From the human T2T-CHM13v2.0 reference genome, Homo sapiens: DNA of 64,000 bases. A model generated the notes under the pieces. It ran no database searches. It saw nothing but the letters and a program-made list of their open reading frames with translations, and was not told the origin of the DNA. The stretch lies in assembly GCF_009914755.1 (NCBI RefSeq), contig NC_060930.1; one strand, written 5' to 3'. The position numbers and the translations under genes were made by a program. Positions 32,401-49,851 of this stretch are shown here, piece after piece (the first letter of the stretch is position 1; every line of letters starts with the position of its first letter).

Positions 32401-33342
32401 TGTTAGGGCAACTAAGCTGAATTTACAACTTATGGGTAAAATGTAACAGTTTTATTTGCCAGTATCTTTCATATTAAAGCATTAATTAGCATTAGCATCT
32501 GTGTAAGAACATAAAATGCCTAGAAAGGAGCTCAGAAAATTAAGGATAAAGAAGAGTCTTATCCGTTGCAACTGAAGGACTAATGATTGTTTCGGTAATC
32601 TGTGATATATGTGTGAAGGAAGCAAAGCATCAACAACAAAGCATTTCTGTACAAAAATTATCTATGAAGTCTAAATGACAGAAACTACACATATCGCCAT
32701 TCAAGTGCTGTAAACATTGAGCTGACGTAATTATAAATACTTACTGTAAGCTATTTCTTTTGCTAAAAAAAAAATTAGAGATGCATATTCATCCACTTCT
32801 GTTAATTACTGGACAGAGTAATGTGACTTCATAAATAAATACTAAGGATTTGACTAATGAATATGCCATAAAATGTCTGAATTAATAGCAAGCACATTTC
32901 ATATGTGGTCTATTAGATGCTATTCTAATTTAGAATTGCAGAAATTTAATGAAATAGACTGCAAACAGGAAAATACAGGCAAGACTATTTTGCAATGCAC
33001 TTTGGAAAAAAAATAAGAATGAATTGTTTACAAATGCTACCAGTACATAGTTGAACAGAATGAACTGGTAATAGTTATTTTACGAAGCAAACTCATAATT
33101 CTGCCCTATGTTGCTTTTCTCTTGCATATTGGCCAAATTTAAATAATGCATATTAGAGTTTTATATATTAAGTCCTACTGAAATATAAAGTACTATCATT
33201 ATTGCATTTTGAGATTTCTATTCTCAATTCACATTTATCACTGATAAAAGATAAAACCCCAAAGCAAATCATTTTTCTGATTGAGGCTTTTCCTCAGAGA
33301 TACTAGAGTTGTAGGGGAAGTATAAAAATACTAAATTCATAA

Positions 33343-33912
<570 letters not shown>

Positions 33913-35334
33913 GTGAGCCACAGTGCCCAGCTGTAACCTATTCATTTACCATGAGACTATTAAACTCCTTTTAAATTGAATTATAATTCTATTCCATGGC
34001 CACAGCTATTGACCAGTTTACCCTAAGTATATGGTTCTTTGCAACATAATTAAAATGAGAAGGTAGAATAGACAAAACCAAAAAAGTCTTAATTTGATCA
34101 TTTTTATTTAAATTTACTATTAATTTCATTACCATGATGCTTATGTTTGCGTCATAACATCTGATGGAATCTTAGTAATATAAGGCAAAATTCTTTGTTC
34201 ATTATGCTGGTCCTTCAATCAGGGATGTCCTCATTCATTCAAGCATTGCTCTTCCTTTAAGATTCAGCTCGATGTCACTTCCTTTGTGACATGCTCCCAT
34301 ACATATTGTATTTTCCCTGCCGTGTAATGATCTGTCTCCCTTTCTAGACTATGAGCTCCTTAGGGGCCCCAGCGAGGTCTCTGTATTTTTCATAACAAAC
34401 TGCACAATTCTTTGCACAGAATATACTCTCAGTAAACACTGGTTTGATGTGTGGGTGAATACACACACTTTGATACTCTTATGACTATGGTGAAAAGGCC
34501 ACTAATTGTGATTTCAACTTAAAGGTTAAAGCCAAAAAAAATCCATTTTTTAGTGAAATGAAACTCTTAGCGTTTTCACTTCCAGATGCATCAGCATTAC
34601 ATAAAAGATGTTGAAACTATTTTAAAAAATAGTCATGCTGCGCATTTTCCTGTCTGAGAATTAGACTGAAAATACCAAATTCCCCAGGGGCCCCTGGGTG
34701 TTCTAAAGACAAATGTTCAGTTAGCTATTGATTCCATGCACTCATTTAATGGAAATCCGGAGTAAGACTCAACCTCCCCACCACCAGCCTGTCACTCATT
34801 ATTCTGCTCAGCTGTTTCAGAATAAGCGACGACTCCCGGGAGAGCTCTGCCCCCCTCCCAGTACTGGCCAGCACTTCAGTGATGATGAATCCGAGCAGCA
34901 GAGAATTTCAGTACTCAAAGCAGCAGAACATCAGTCCCAACTTACATTTTCCACTTCCATTGTCATTCTTATTCCTATATGGGCTTATTTCTCACATATC
35001 CACCTTTGATTTTTCAAGATCGAACCTTTGAGCAGGTGAGGGCCTGGCTGCCTAACATATTACATCATCACGCATATGCCGGACTCCTGCCTCACTCAGA
35101 AGACCACGTGTTGCTCAGAAAAGAAAGGTGGGCACCAAAAGAACAGGTTTCTCATAATATCCTACCCAGGCCCACAGTTAGACGTATTAGTCACTGTTGG
35201 GACAATGAATATGGGTTTTCCAAGAGGTGATCAAGCCTTTACTTGATGGATTTTCTTTTCTCCACGCCCCAAGATTTTCTAGGCTTTTGGTAGGAAGCAC
35301 TATACAGAAAGCACCCACGTCTCCTAGCTGATTC

Positions 35335-35892
35335 TGTGTCTGGAGTTGGTTCCTTCTGGTGGGTTCGTGGTCTCGCTGACTTCAAGAATGGAGCCGCTAA
35401 CCTTTGCGGTGACTGTTACAGCTCTTAAAGATGGCACAGACCCAAAAGACTGAACAGCAGCAAGATTTATCATAAAGAGTGAAAGAACAAAGCTTCCACA
35501 GCTGGAAAAGAATCTGAGCAGGTTGCACTGGTGGCTGGTGCGGGTGGGGGTGGGGGGTTGGGGGGGGCAGCTTTTATTCCATTATTTTTCCCGTCCATGT
35601 CCTGTTTCTGTCCTATCAGAACGCCCTTTTCTCAATCCTCCCCATGATTGGTTACTTTTAGAACCCTGCTGATTGGTCCATTTTACAAAGTACTGATTGG
35701 TGCATTTTACAAATCTCTTGCTAGCTACAGAGCACTGACTGGTGCATTTTTACAGAGCACTGATTGGTGCATTTTACAAACCTCTTGCTAGCTACAGAGC
35801 ACTGACTGCTGCATTTTATAATACCCTTGGAAGACAGAAAAGTTCTCCAAGTCCCCACTCGACCCAGGAAGTCCAGCTGGCTTCACCTCTCA
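35335..35892 (-). mobile_element. Solo LTR12-family (LTR12F-like, ERV9) LTR
   Basis: Minus strand begins TGAGAGGTGAAGCCAGCTGGACTTCCTGGGTCGAGTGGGGACTTGGAGAAC and ends ...CCAGACACA. Tandem CCAATCAG repeats; 4-bp TSD attc (35331-35334, 35893-35896). Confidence 0.92.
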
Positions 35893-36074
35893 ATTCCACT
35901 CAGTAGTTACTGTCAGCCTCCCCCTAAAACCTCCACCACTCAAGGAGCGACACTGTCAGAAGCAGACCTTCTAATTACTCCTGTGTGATCTCAAGCCCCC
36001 TCCCTGGGGACTATGGAAAGAGAATGTTAGGAAATAGAGATGGAAAAAACAAGCCATAATTCTGACATGCTATC

Positions 36075-37458
<1,384 letters not shown>

Positions 37459-38596
37459 TACAGGCTCAAATTCTAAATATCCATAAAGAAATAAGCATCC
37501 TGTCCCTGTCTCTCACATTGGTGAGTTTATACTTTGTTCAGCACTAAGCATAACAAACGAGAGTTACTTCGTAAGATGACGGTTACTTTACCACCTTCAA
37601 ACATGGCATTAACTAATGACTTAGATTGGACTGAGGGTTAATAATTTGAAGACTCCCCATGACCTTCTTTCCTAGTCATTCAATTCTTAAGCAAGGTGGA
37701 TACCAAAAGTGTCCAAAAATGCCCTAGCGTACATGAAGTGCCAGGGGCCAAAACCACCCACTTAGAACAGGAAATCATGTACAAATATAAGTACCTCAAG
37801 CTTGTGAAATTGAGAGACTTCTTTATTTCCTTCACTATTAGAAGCAGAGGAAGAGAGGGCTGATTAGATGGGGGGAAGGCTTAGCTTTTATTTTAAAATA
37901 GCAAAATCGAAAAACTTTGTAATTAGATTTTGCCAGACTTAGGCTTAAAGGAAAATGATTCTTTCCTCTCCAAAAGAATAAGGTCAGAGCCTAAGACTCC
38001 CAAACCTTTGGTCCTGGCTCAAAGGGTGAGCTACGAATCGGCCCGTTCTTCATCATCCTCCTACATATACCTATAGATCTGTCTGGGCATGAGTACAGAA
38101 TTGGCAAATACAGGGTATGAGAAGAGACAACGATAAAACGGACAGAATGTGGTACTGTTCAAATGTTAAGAAGTGTCAGGAAAGCACCACAGCTGACGCT
38201 GAAGTTAATCTGGAGGGGAACTAATTTACCTTCTTTAACACAAGTGGAGATGAGGGCAACAGTCTGTGAAACACAGTCAGTGTGTTCTTTCTCCATTATG
38301 GTCTCTTTCTTACTGGTTAACTACAAAAAGCAAGGAAATGGCTGAAAGGCAGGCAGTGAGGGGAGAGGGAGGAATGAGAGACTTTCACCTGTACGAAGGA
38401 TGTCTCTGGAAAACGGAATGTTGACAGAGAGTAAACAAGCAACATATGCTATTAATGCCTGTTAAGTCACCTTTTTGAGATTTTTTGGTGACTATCAGTG
38501 AAGTCTTATGCCTCTTATTAAATTCTCACACTGTTTTAATTAAGTAGGGCCTTATTTTAATCACAGTGGTGGTGCCTTCTCGTTTTAAGCTAGTGA

Positions 38597-38972
<376 letters not shown>

Positions 38973-39685
38973 TCAGACCTCCTTTTCTCCCCTATCCAAA
39001 GCCTGGTAAACAAAGTGAGCTGATTTGCATATCTAAAATCGGGTGCTGGATGCCTGCAAATATGATAGGGAAATATGTATTTGGAACCTCAGGTGAAACC
39101 CCAGCAAAAACATTAAAATCATCACATTTGAAGGAGCCCTTTGTAATGCTGATATGTAAAGATCCCATTAAAACACAGCCATTCTCCACAACTACAAAAA
39201 TCTTTGATTTAAAAATGACTTTGGATTCCTATGTCACGTTAAAAGTGTGTTGGGCATTTTATCCAGTGACTTAGATTATCCTTTCAGGAGAAATACTGTA
39301 CTTCATTGTAAGTCCTTAATGAGGGACCAATTAGTCCTTCCCCTCCACTTCAAATTCCTCTGGGAAATGAGGTCAGAATCCACTTCCCACCCAAAGCACC
39401 TCATGGAGGCTGCATCAAATACTACAGCAGCATTTGTCAAAGGGGAGCCCTTTCCAAAGGCAAGATGGGTAGAAGGAGAAATCTTCATCAAGGGCTATGC
39501 CTTCCACCGACAGGCACAGAGCACAAAGAAGCTCAGCATTTACTATAAGATCTTGCACAGGAGCTGTTCAAACAAGCTGAAGCACACACCCACGAATTTC
39601 ATCTCAGCGACTCTCTCTTTTACCTGCTGCCACAGGGACAGCCTTCCTGCTCCCTGATTGGGTGTCTCGCTGGCTGTGCACTCAC

Positions 39686-39829
39686 CTGCAGGGCGCAGGG
39701 TGTCCCACCTGCATCCCCCTCCTGCTCCATCTGCATCATGCACTCAGAGGGGAGTGCCACTGCTCTGGGTCACCAGCCTGCTCTGGCTCTGCCGCAGCCT
39801 CCCAGGGGATTGAGCTCCTACTCCTTCCA
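39686..39829 (-). other. Candidate 144-nt cassette or alternative first exon
   Basis: Minus strand: ctctaat (branch-like) ttgctcaccatgcttctAG|TGGAAGG...GCCCTGCAG|GTGAGT (consensus donor); purine-rich body. Confidence 0.4.
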
Positions 39830-39904
39830 CTAGAAGCATGGTGAGCAAATTAGAGGTTATAAACACCTCCGGTGGAAGGAGGAGAATTCCTTTGGGCTTT
39901 GTAA

Positions 39905-40418
<514 letters not shown>

Positions 40419-40639
40419 TAAAACTATTCTTGATGTAAGGAGAAACATATTCCTAAATGCTAAAGGCAGTGCTGCCAAATCCATGGCTCCCAGCATAGGC
40501 TAAAGTTTTATTAGGAGACCAGGAGTGCACACATCTCTGGCCAGGGACAGCAAAGAAAGGCAGCTGAGTCCTACAACACTGCTGGAAGGAGAAGCCAACA
40601 GTCTAGGATTTAAAAAAAAAAAGAAGCTGAGTCTGCCAT

Positions 40640-40840
40640 TAAGAATGAAGTAAATTGCTAACACAGATTTTTAATGTTCTTACACACACACAAAATGATA
40701 AACTGGTGAGGTGATGAATATATTAACTAGCTTGATTGAATCTTGTTATAATGTATGCATTATAAAAACATCACACTGTACCCCATAAATATACATAATT
40801 ATTGCCTATAAATATAAAAAGTTAAAACAAAAAATTAAAG
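40640..40840 (+). mobile_element. L1MA 3' end
   Basis: gtgaggtgatgaatatattaactagcttgatt...catcacactgtaccccataaatatacataatt. Confidence 0.8.
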
Positions 40841-42108
40841 AAATAAATGGTGAAGACATTTTTTAAAAAATGAATGATGCTTTCATGCATGCTACATAGC
40901 TTGTCACAACCTGCCGGAACGGGTTGCCAATGTGACATGCTTTTAAGATCACAGCCCTCCAGCAACACATTGATACCTGAAACTCCATAATTAAGAGTTA
41001 TTTCCTTTTGTTTAAAGATGTTTTCTCTTTTGAAATTTCAGTATAATATGCTACTTTGGAAGTGGTATATCCAGATCTCCAAAATATATGCATATGCATA
41101 TTTTAAAATCAAAGCCGAGTATTGATCCTAACTTTACCACTTTCCAGCTCTGTCACTTTGAGGAAATTATTTACTGGCTTGACCCTCAAGTTCATCCGCT
41201 GTAAAAGGAGTCACTAACGCTTGTCTCAGAAGGTTGTTACGTATATAAAACTACGCGGCCCAGACCACACCCACAGCAGCCACTCGGACACTGGTTTTCC
41301 CCTCTCTTTCTACACAGCAGGTCATAAGAAGTAAGGACAACTCAAGGATGCTGGCTTCCTGGTGTGGAATGATAAGGCGGCCAGCAAGCTGGAGTGGGGG
41401 TGGCAGGAGAAAAGGACACCTGGGCCCCATGACAGAACCTGTTTCACAAATGTGGTGAGGGGAGCTCTGCTCCAGTGCACAAAAAGGCTGCAGGCTGACA
41501 CCATTTTGCAGTGTTCACTGGCAAGGCTGCTGACATAGAAACTGGCCTCCGTCAAAAAGTCACACCTCTCCTTTTCCTGGCTTGGTGTCCAGCTGAAAAG
41601 AGGAGGGGTTCATGTGCATCTGGACAGCTTTACCCCAAGGGCACCTGCAAGGTAGTAGGAGCAGATGAGGCTATGGCCAGATGACAGGGGGACATGCCAG
41701 CAGAAGGAACTAATGCAGCTTCCAACTTGCTGGTGCCCAGCCAGACCCCACTGATTTGGAGACTTTCCTGCCAACTTGCCAAAAACTGATCTGACACCCA
41801 ATGGTGTCACCAAAGATGTTTTCTTTTCCTATGCATCAGTACCTCCACACCCAGGGATCAGTCTTCCTTCACCTCACTCTAAAGGGCCAGCCATCATTGC
41901 CTTCCAAGGTATGAACCAAGAAATGTCACCACTCACTCAGGTGAACAGGCCACAGAGGACTAAAAGTGCTGGCCCTATAGCAGCCTCATGCAAAAACAGA
42001 TTTGTGCACTGAGAAGACTTTTGAAATTTGAAAGGCCGCTACTAAGAAGATAAACCCTCCAAAGATTTCCTTCTATCATTGTTATTCATTAAAAAAAAAA
42101 CAAGCTTA

Positions 42109-42402
42109 GGCCGGGCATGGTGGCTCACACCTGTAATCCCAGCATTTTGGGAGGCTGAGGCGAGCGGATCATGAGGTCAGAAGATCGAAACCATCCTGGC
42201 CAACATGCTGAAACCTTGTCTCTACTAAAAATACAAAAATTAGCTGGGTATGGTGGCACGTGCCTGTAATCCCAGCTACTCAGGAGGGTGAGACAGGAGA
42301 ACAGCTTGAACCAGGGAGTCAGAGGTTGCAGTGAGCAGAGATCGCGCCACTGCACTCCAGCCTGGTGACAGAGTGAAACTCCGTCTCAAAAAAAAAAAAA
42401 AA
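42109..42402 (+). mobile_element. AluSc-like
   Basis: Dimer; TSD aagctta. Confidence 0.92.
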
Positions 42403-44247
42403 GCTTAACTTGAATGAATGGGAACAAGAGGGTTATTTAAAAAATAATAAACAGTAACAGCTATCACACCTAAAGGTGACATTATCTAGAAACATTAACA
42501 TGTCAAGACATCAGCCCTTCTGTTCCTTCTGTTCCCCCAAGAGGCCTATTTGGAGCACCAGCAAAATGCATTTGGAGGATCACTAAATCTAACAGTGTTC
42601 ACTGCTGTAGTGTTATGAGAGTGTTTCACTTTCAGGAAATTTCAAAAGGGAAAGGTGGGAAACAATGTGTGTCCTACATGGAAATCTCACATGTGGTTCA
42701 TTGCGTCTTTTTTCTTACACAGCTGCCATTATATAATTCTTGGCCATTGTTTTTTATTTAATAATTAAGATGAATAATCTTGGGGTCATCCATTGTATAT
42801 GTATCTGTGGTAGGTTTAAAAATTCCAGTTGACCTTTCCCTAGCCCCCAGTATACTTTTGGGCTACTTCCTCCCTAAGATGAGCTATGTGCACACATGTG
42901 GCACAATTTTAATACTATCTAAGCAAAACCACAAACCAATAAAAGCATCATCCGGTGCTTCTCAAAGCCAAAGGAAATGATTTTGGAGCAACACATCACT
43001 GATTACATTCCATTAATACAGATAATTAAAAGTTGACTGTATAATAATGTTAAATAGCAGGCATAACTTTTTTTGAAAATTTCTCCGTGATATTAGCTAT
43101 GCAAAAACACTGACTGAATGTTCAATGCTAATCAAATTCATCTCCTCTTAAGAGCAGCGTATAATAAATGGGTAGCCTAAAAGGAATGCTTTGAACAGAA
43201 TGCTTCACTATTGTCTGATTATTCTAAATTTAAAACTCCAACAAAGGAAAGGATTATTCTTCTAAGGTTCAAGATTCGTGAGGATTTGGTAACGAAATTC
43301 CTTAAGGACAGCAAATTAAAAAATTGCTATCTACAAGCTGCCACTATTTTATGTCTGTATAGTGTTTTAAAATCAAAGTCACTACCCATTCAACAACAAA
43401 TGTTTGTTTGGAATAAATGAATGAAAGAAACAGCCTCAAAATACTTTACAAGTTTAATCACCTATAAGTTATGAATTAGGCAGCAACTTCAATCATTCCC
43501 AAATGATTGAATCATTTACCTCGCTGGGGTAAGGTATATGTCTGGCAAGCCAAAGCCAGAACTAGAAACTCAAGTAATTCCTTTGATTCTTAGAAAATGA
43601 CGCAGTTGTTAGAGCTGGTTGCCTGCTGCAGTTGTCTTCCTGTGTACTCTCAATACAATTTGGAAGGCATGTTATCTAGGCTAGGGGAGGTAATAACAAA
43701 GGAGGCATAACAATTAGGCTTGCTCCTGAAATTATACGGGTAGTCAAAAAAACGAAGGACCCCACCATCACCTACTAAGCTATGTGATGGGTACCTAGCT
43801 GGTAAAAGGTGTTTCCAAGACCGGATCTAAGTTATTTCATAGGTAACTTTAGAAAGCACGTCCCAACGTGGCAGTGTTAAATTCATGTGTAATTTCAAAA
43901 TAGGGTATCAGTGTATGAGGCATGTAGGTAGTCTAAGTTATGTGACACAGAGCATTTAGCCTACATCAAAAGCTAAAACTGAAAAATGAAATTCTTATTT
44001 AAGTATGTTGCTATCTTCACTCTAATGAGATACGTGGAACAAATTACTGGGGCTAGAATGTATTATAACAATAGTAAGGAAGAAGGTTCCTGCTGGATAC
44101 TTGGTAAGAGGTGGGTGGGGTCCAGGATTTCCAGGGGACTTTGAGTTTATTCTTCCAACACTGCTAAAATGCATCTATTTTCTATTCTGACTTTCTAACA
44201 GGATGCAATCTGAGAGCCAGCCAGCCACTTAAAATCTATTTATTTCA

Positions 44248-44553
<306 letters not shown>

Positions 44554-45133
44554 TCAACAATCCAGAGTAGAAATACAAGTAGAAGATTTTGTGCAAGCGT
44601 ATTTTGTGCAAGCGTAATCTATTTTGCAAGCAGAAAATTCTCACGTATTTTAGAGTCAGGGTTCTCAAATCATAAATCTTAAAGTTTTCAGAATCCATGC
44701 CAAGGGACTTAAGAAAATTAATATTGCCCCCATATAAGCTGTCTTTTGTATACTAAGCATCAGCAAAGCATCTGCCCCCAACAGCTATTTTACTGGTCCC
44801 AGAGGAAAGATAAGCAGAGTTGTCTTCCGCAAAATCATAAAGAAGGTCAAGTTCATCTGTAGGATCCTTCCCCTTAGGCCCTCTAGGTGCCTCCCCATTG
44901 GGCCCCAGGGGTTTCTACTCCGTAATTCTTTCCCACCCCTGCCCTGTCAACTTGAACACCAGTGAAACACCACAGTGTTTCAATATGAATACACTTCAGT
45001 CACTGTTTTTGCTCCGCCCACCAAAAAAAATCCATACTTTAAAGCTTTTAATTTTTTTAAGCTTTTAATTTTTTTAATTGAAGCATCACTTTACTTTCTT
45101 TTAAATTCTAACATCAGTGAGCAGCCAAAATTC

Positions 45134-45428
<295 letters not shown>

Positions 45429-46887
45429 CAGCCCAAATTCTGAACGGGGAAAGAGGATAAGGTAACGTCTCCTACTTTTGCAAGCTTCTTTTGCTTCCTA
45501 TGAAGGCTTGCCATAAAGATAGAAATGCTTTGACATCACAAACTGGGTTCATGTTCCACTGTGACCATGGACAGGCTATGTAACTGAGCTTCGGCTACTC
45601 ATTTACAAAACAGGAATTATCATAATATAATGTAATGTAATATAATAATTATGAGATAATGATATAAAGTGATTGGCCCATTGCAATGTTAAAGAGCCCT
45701 CTCAGAAGGAGCACCATACTTTCTTTCTAAGTGCCGATAAAATAAAAGATAAAAGCAGCCGACTGGGATTGACCCAGCCACCTCTGCTAAGGGCCTCCTA
45801 CCTAGAGTCACCTCACTGGGACCTGGGACAGCATGATTCTTACCAGTTTCTGAGAGCTTGAGGTCTTGGGCCCTCGAGCCAGGCGTCCGCTAAAGGCAGG
45901 TCTGAGGTTAGCCCATTTCCCAGTTACCATTCTCCTTTCCCCTGGCTTTTCTCCTTCCAAGAGGCTTTAAGCCTTTCCCACTCCTCCCTCCTCTCCTTCT
46001 GGTCCCCTGCCTCAACTCACCCAGAGACTGAGAATGCAGTACCATTCCTCACTGGGCCACCTTCCCTTTCCAGGCTCCATACTCCATTCTGTAATAAAGT
46101 TCTCATGGGGAGACCTCCAACAGCCCAACAGTTGAGTGTACACAGCCTTGAGTGCTTAGCGGCCAGAACCTCATTGAAAACACAGTTCCATAAGGAAAGG
46201 CAGGTTTTAAGACGAGCAGGTGACCAGGCAGGCCCCCACCATAAATGGGGTGAGCTCGCCAAAAGCTAGGCTTGACTTAGGCCTCATTTGGAGGTCTGAG
46301 TTGAATTTCAAAAATCAAATACAAAAACACTGGCAGAAGTTTAGAGAGGCAGAAAAGAGCATTACCACAAGAAAAGACGCGGGAGGCTTCACCAGAACAG
46401 GCAGGAGGAAGTAGGTGAGGCACAGCAGGTGAAGTGGGGGAAGTGTTCCACCAGGTGAAACTGGCCTGGTGGCTGTGGGGTACAGGGGAAGAGGTGAGCA
46501 GGCTGGGGTGGGGATGAGGACAGTGGCAGAAGATTGACGAAGGCATTGTGCAGCACCCCATGCAAAGGGGCGCCTCTCCGTCACACAGGTACTGGCATGA
46601 GGGTGTGGGGACCGAGTCCTATGAGTTCCTGGGTCTCTACCAGGATTTTCCAGGTCAGCATCGAGTGATACTATCTCTCCTAGAAGTGGTGGGAACTGAT
46701 GGGAATGACCATGGAAGCTGAATCCACAAACCAAGGGTCTCCTTATCTTGTCCTCTCATGGATAAGGCTTCGTAAAGGGGGGATTCCTCAAGGTCTTTTA
46801 ACCAAGTCTGCACATGGGAGAAAACGATGGAAAGCAGATGGAAATGCTTCTCAAGAACCTCTCAATACAAAGAGATAAAGAGGAACA

Positions 46888-47215
46888 GGCCAGGCACATG
46901 GCACACACCTGTAACCTCAGCACTTTGGAAGGCCAAGGAGGGAAGACCACTTGAGCCCAGGAATTCAAGACCAGCCTGGGCAACACAGCAAAACTCTGTC
47001 TCAAAAAAAAAAAAAAAAACAAAAATTATCGTGGCACGTGGTGCACATCTATAGTTCCAGCTACTCAACTGACTGAGGTGGTAGGACCATTGCTTGAGCC
47101 CAGGAGTTCGAGGCTGCAATGAACCACAATTGTATCACTGCTCTCCAGCCTGGGTGATGGAGAGAGACCCTGTATCTAAAAAAAAGAAAACAAAATTAAA
47201 AGAAATAAAGAAAAT
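46888..47215 (+). mobile_element. AluJ
   Basis: Dimer with degenerate tail. Confidence 0.88.
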
Positions 47216-47261
47216 GTCTCAGGAAGAAGTTGTTCCTCTTCAGACAACTGGATTTTGTTTC

Positions 47262-47562
47262 TCTTCTTTTTTTTTTTTTTTTTTAGACAGGCTTGCTTTG
47301 TTGCCCAGGCTAGAGTGCAGTGGTACAATCAGAGCTCACTGCAGCCTCAGCCTCCTGGAACCAGGTGATCCTCCCACTTCAGCCTTCTGAGTAGCCGGGA
47401 CCACAGGCACACATCACCATGCCTGGCTGATTAAAAAAAAAAAATGTAGAGATGAGGCCTCACTATGTTGCCCAGGCTAGTCTCAAACTCCTGCCCTAAG
47501 CAATCCTCCCACTTTGGCTTCACAAAGTGCTGGAAATACACACTCAAGCCACTGCACCCAGC
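47262..47562 (-). mobile_element. AluJ
   Basis: Antisense dimer, tail-to-tail with the previous Alu. Confidence 0.88.
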
Positions 47563-48523
47563 TGACCACCTGGATTTTGGAAAAGAGGAAAACGGAAGTC
47601 TGACTGTTAGATGTGGGAATCAGATGTTTTCATGTTATATATGTGAATTATATTACATGCACATGTATGGTGCATATCATAACAAGAGAAAGTGTTAAAC
47701 ACACTAGAGACATTAGAAAACAAATCAAGGACTGAGGAACAATAAAAAGTGTTGCAATGGTGTAAAAGTAATACAAATTATAGTCTTTTACGTGAACTGC
47801 TTCCACTAATGCCCAATTACTATGCAGCACAGTATCAATTTAGTGGATCATGAACTACGTATCCGATTGACTCACTTGTATAAGTTACATTTTATGACAA
47901 CACTAAATTCTCCTTTATATGTTCAGGCTCCCTATTTTGTGATGCGTGTAATTGCAGAACTTGGGAGCTAGAATGGACCTTGAGGAGATCCCTTACGCCA
48001 ACGCTTTCACTTCACAGATGTAGACACCGAGGCTTAAAGAGGGTATGACTTTCCCAAGGCCACAAGAGGACTAGTTTACAGCAGAGCTGGGCTTATATAA
48101 CAGGGCTGCCCATGAGCCCTGCAAGGCTCCAGAGCTATTCTTAAGATCCTCTGCACTTAGACAATGCTGCAGGGACACACTCTCTTCTTTATTTTGTAAG
48201 AACATTTGCTCACAATTCAAAATTATTCAAAGAGAATGGGAAACAGGTATGATGCATGGGGGAAGAGGTATGCTCAGGGATTCAGATGCTGGAGCTCTTG
48301 GTTAAGCAACTTTTGGATCATATGATACTTAGAAGAACTACCATCTCTCTCAGTAAGAAGATTAGCAGGAGAATACATATGGTACAGTAGAAAAATGCAG
48401 GTTATTCAAGCAGTGACCCTAGGATGAGCCTCAAAGCTTACTAGCTATGTGGTCTGGAACAAGCTATAGAAACTTGCCGGGTCTATATTCCCTTAACCGT
48501 AAAATGGCCAAGATAACGATACT

Positions 48524-48845
48524 GACCAGGTGTAGTGTCTCATGCCTATAATCCCAGCACTTTGGGAGGCTGAGATGGGAGGATCACTTGAGCCCAGGAG
48601 TTCAAGACCAGCCTGGGAAACATGTGAGACCCTAACTTTACAAATAATGTTTAAAAAATTAGCCAGGTGTGGTGGCACGTACATATAGTCCAGATACTCA
48701 GGAGGATGAGGTGGGGGGATCGCTTGAACCCAGGAGTTCAAGGCTGCTGTGAGGTACAATCACGCCACTGCACTCCAGCCTGGAGTACAGTGTGTCACTC
48801 TGGAGACAGAGCGAGACCCTGTCTCAAAAACAAACAAACAAAAAG
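48524..48845 (+). mobile_element. AluJ inserted in a MIR
   Basis: Dimer; MIR motifs on both sides. Confidence 0.88.
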
Positions 48846-49144
48846 AATGACAATTAACTCAAAGAGTTATGGGATGAGATAAGGTTCTATATTTAGAACA
48901 CCTAGCACAGGACATAGGCTCAATCAATATTCAGTATTCAATAAATATTTCTTTACTATGTCTCCTTACATAGTGCTGCTAAGAAAGCCTCACCTGCGAA
49001 CACATGTGATGGGTACCTGGATGGTGAAACGTATTTCCAAGACCAGGTCTAAGTTATTTCATGGATACTATGAAATCTAATGTTATCTTAAGATCCAAAG
49101 TGCAGAGGATCTTAAGAATAGCTCTGGAGCCATGCAGGGGATAA

Positions 49145-49851
<707 letters not shown>

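Noticed and set aside
39247-39657. 136-aa plus-strand ORF in unique sequence
   Set aside because: Non-ATG start, no recognisable domain, antisense to the host gene; consistent with chance.
45735-46125. LTR-like segment with aataaag and a ...ccaaca end
   Set aside because: Cannot assign a family or define termini or a TSD by eye.
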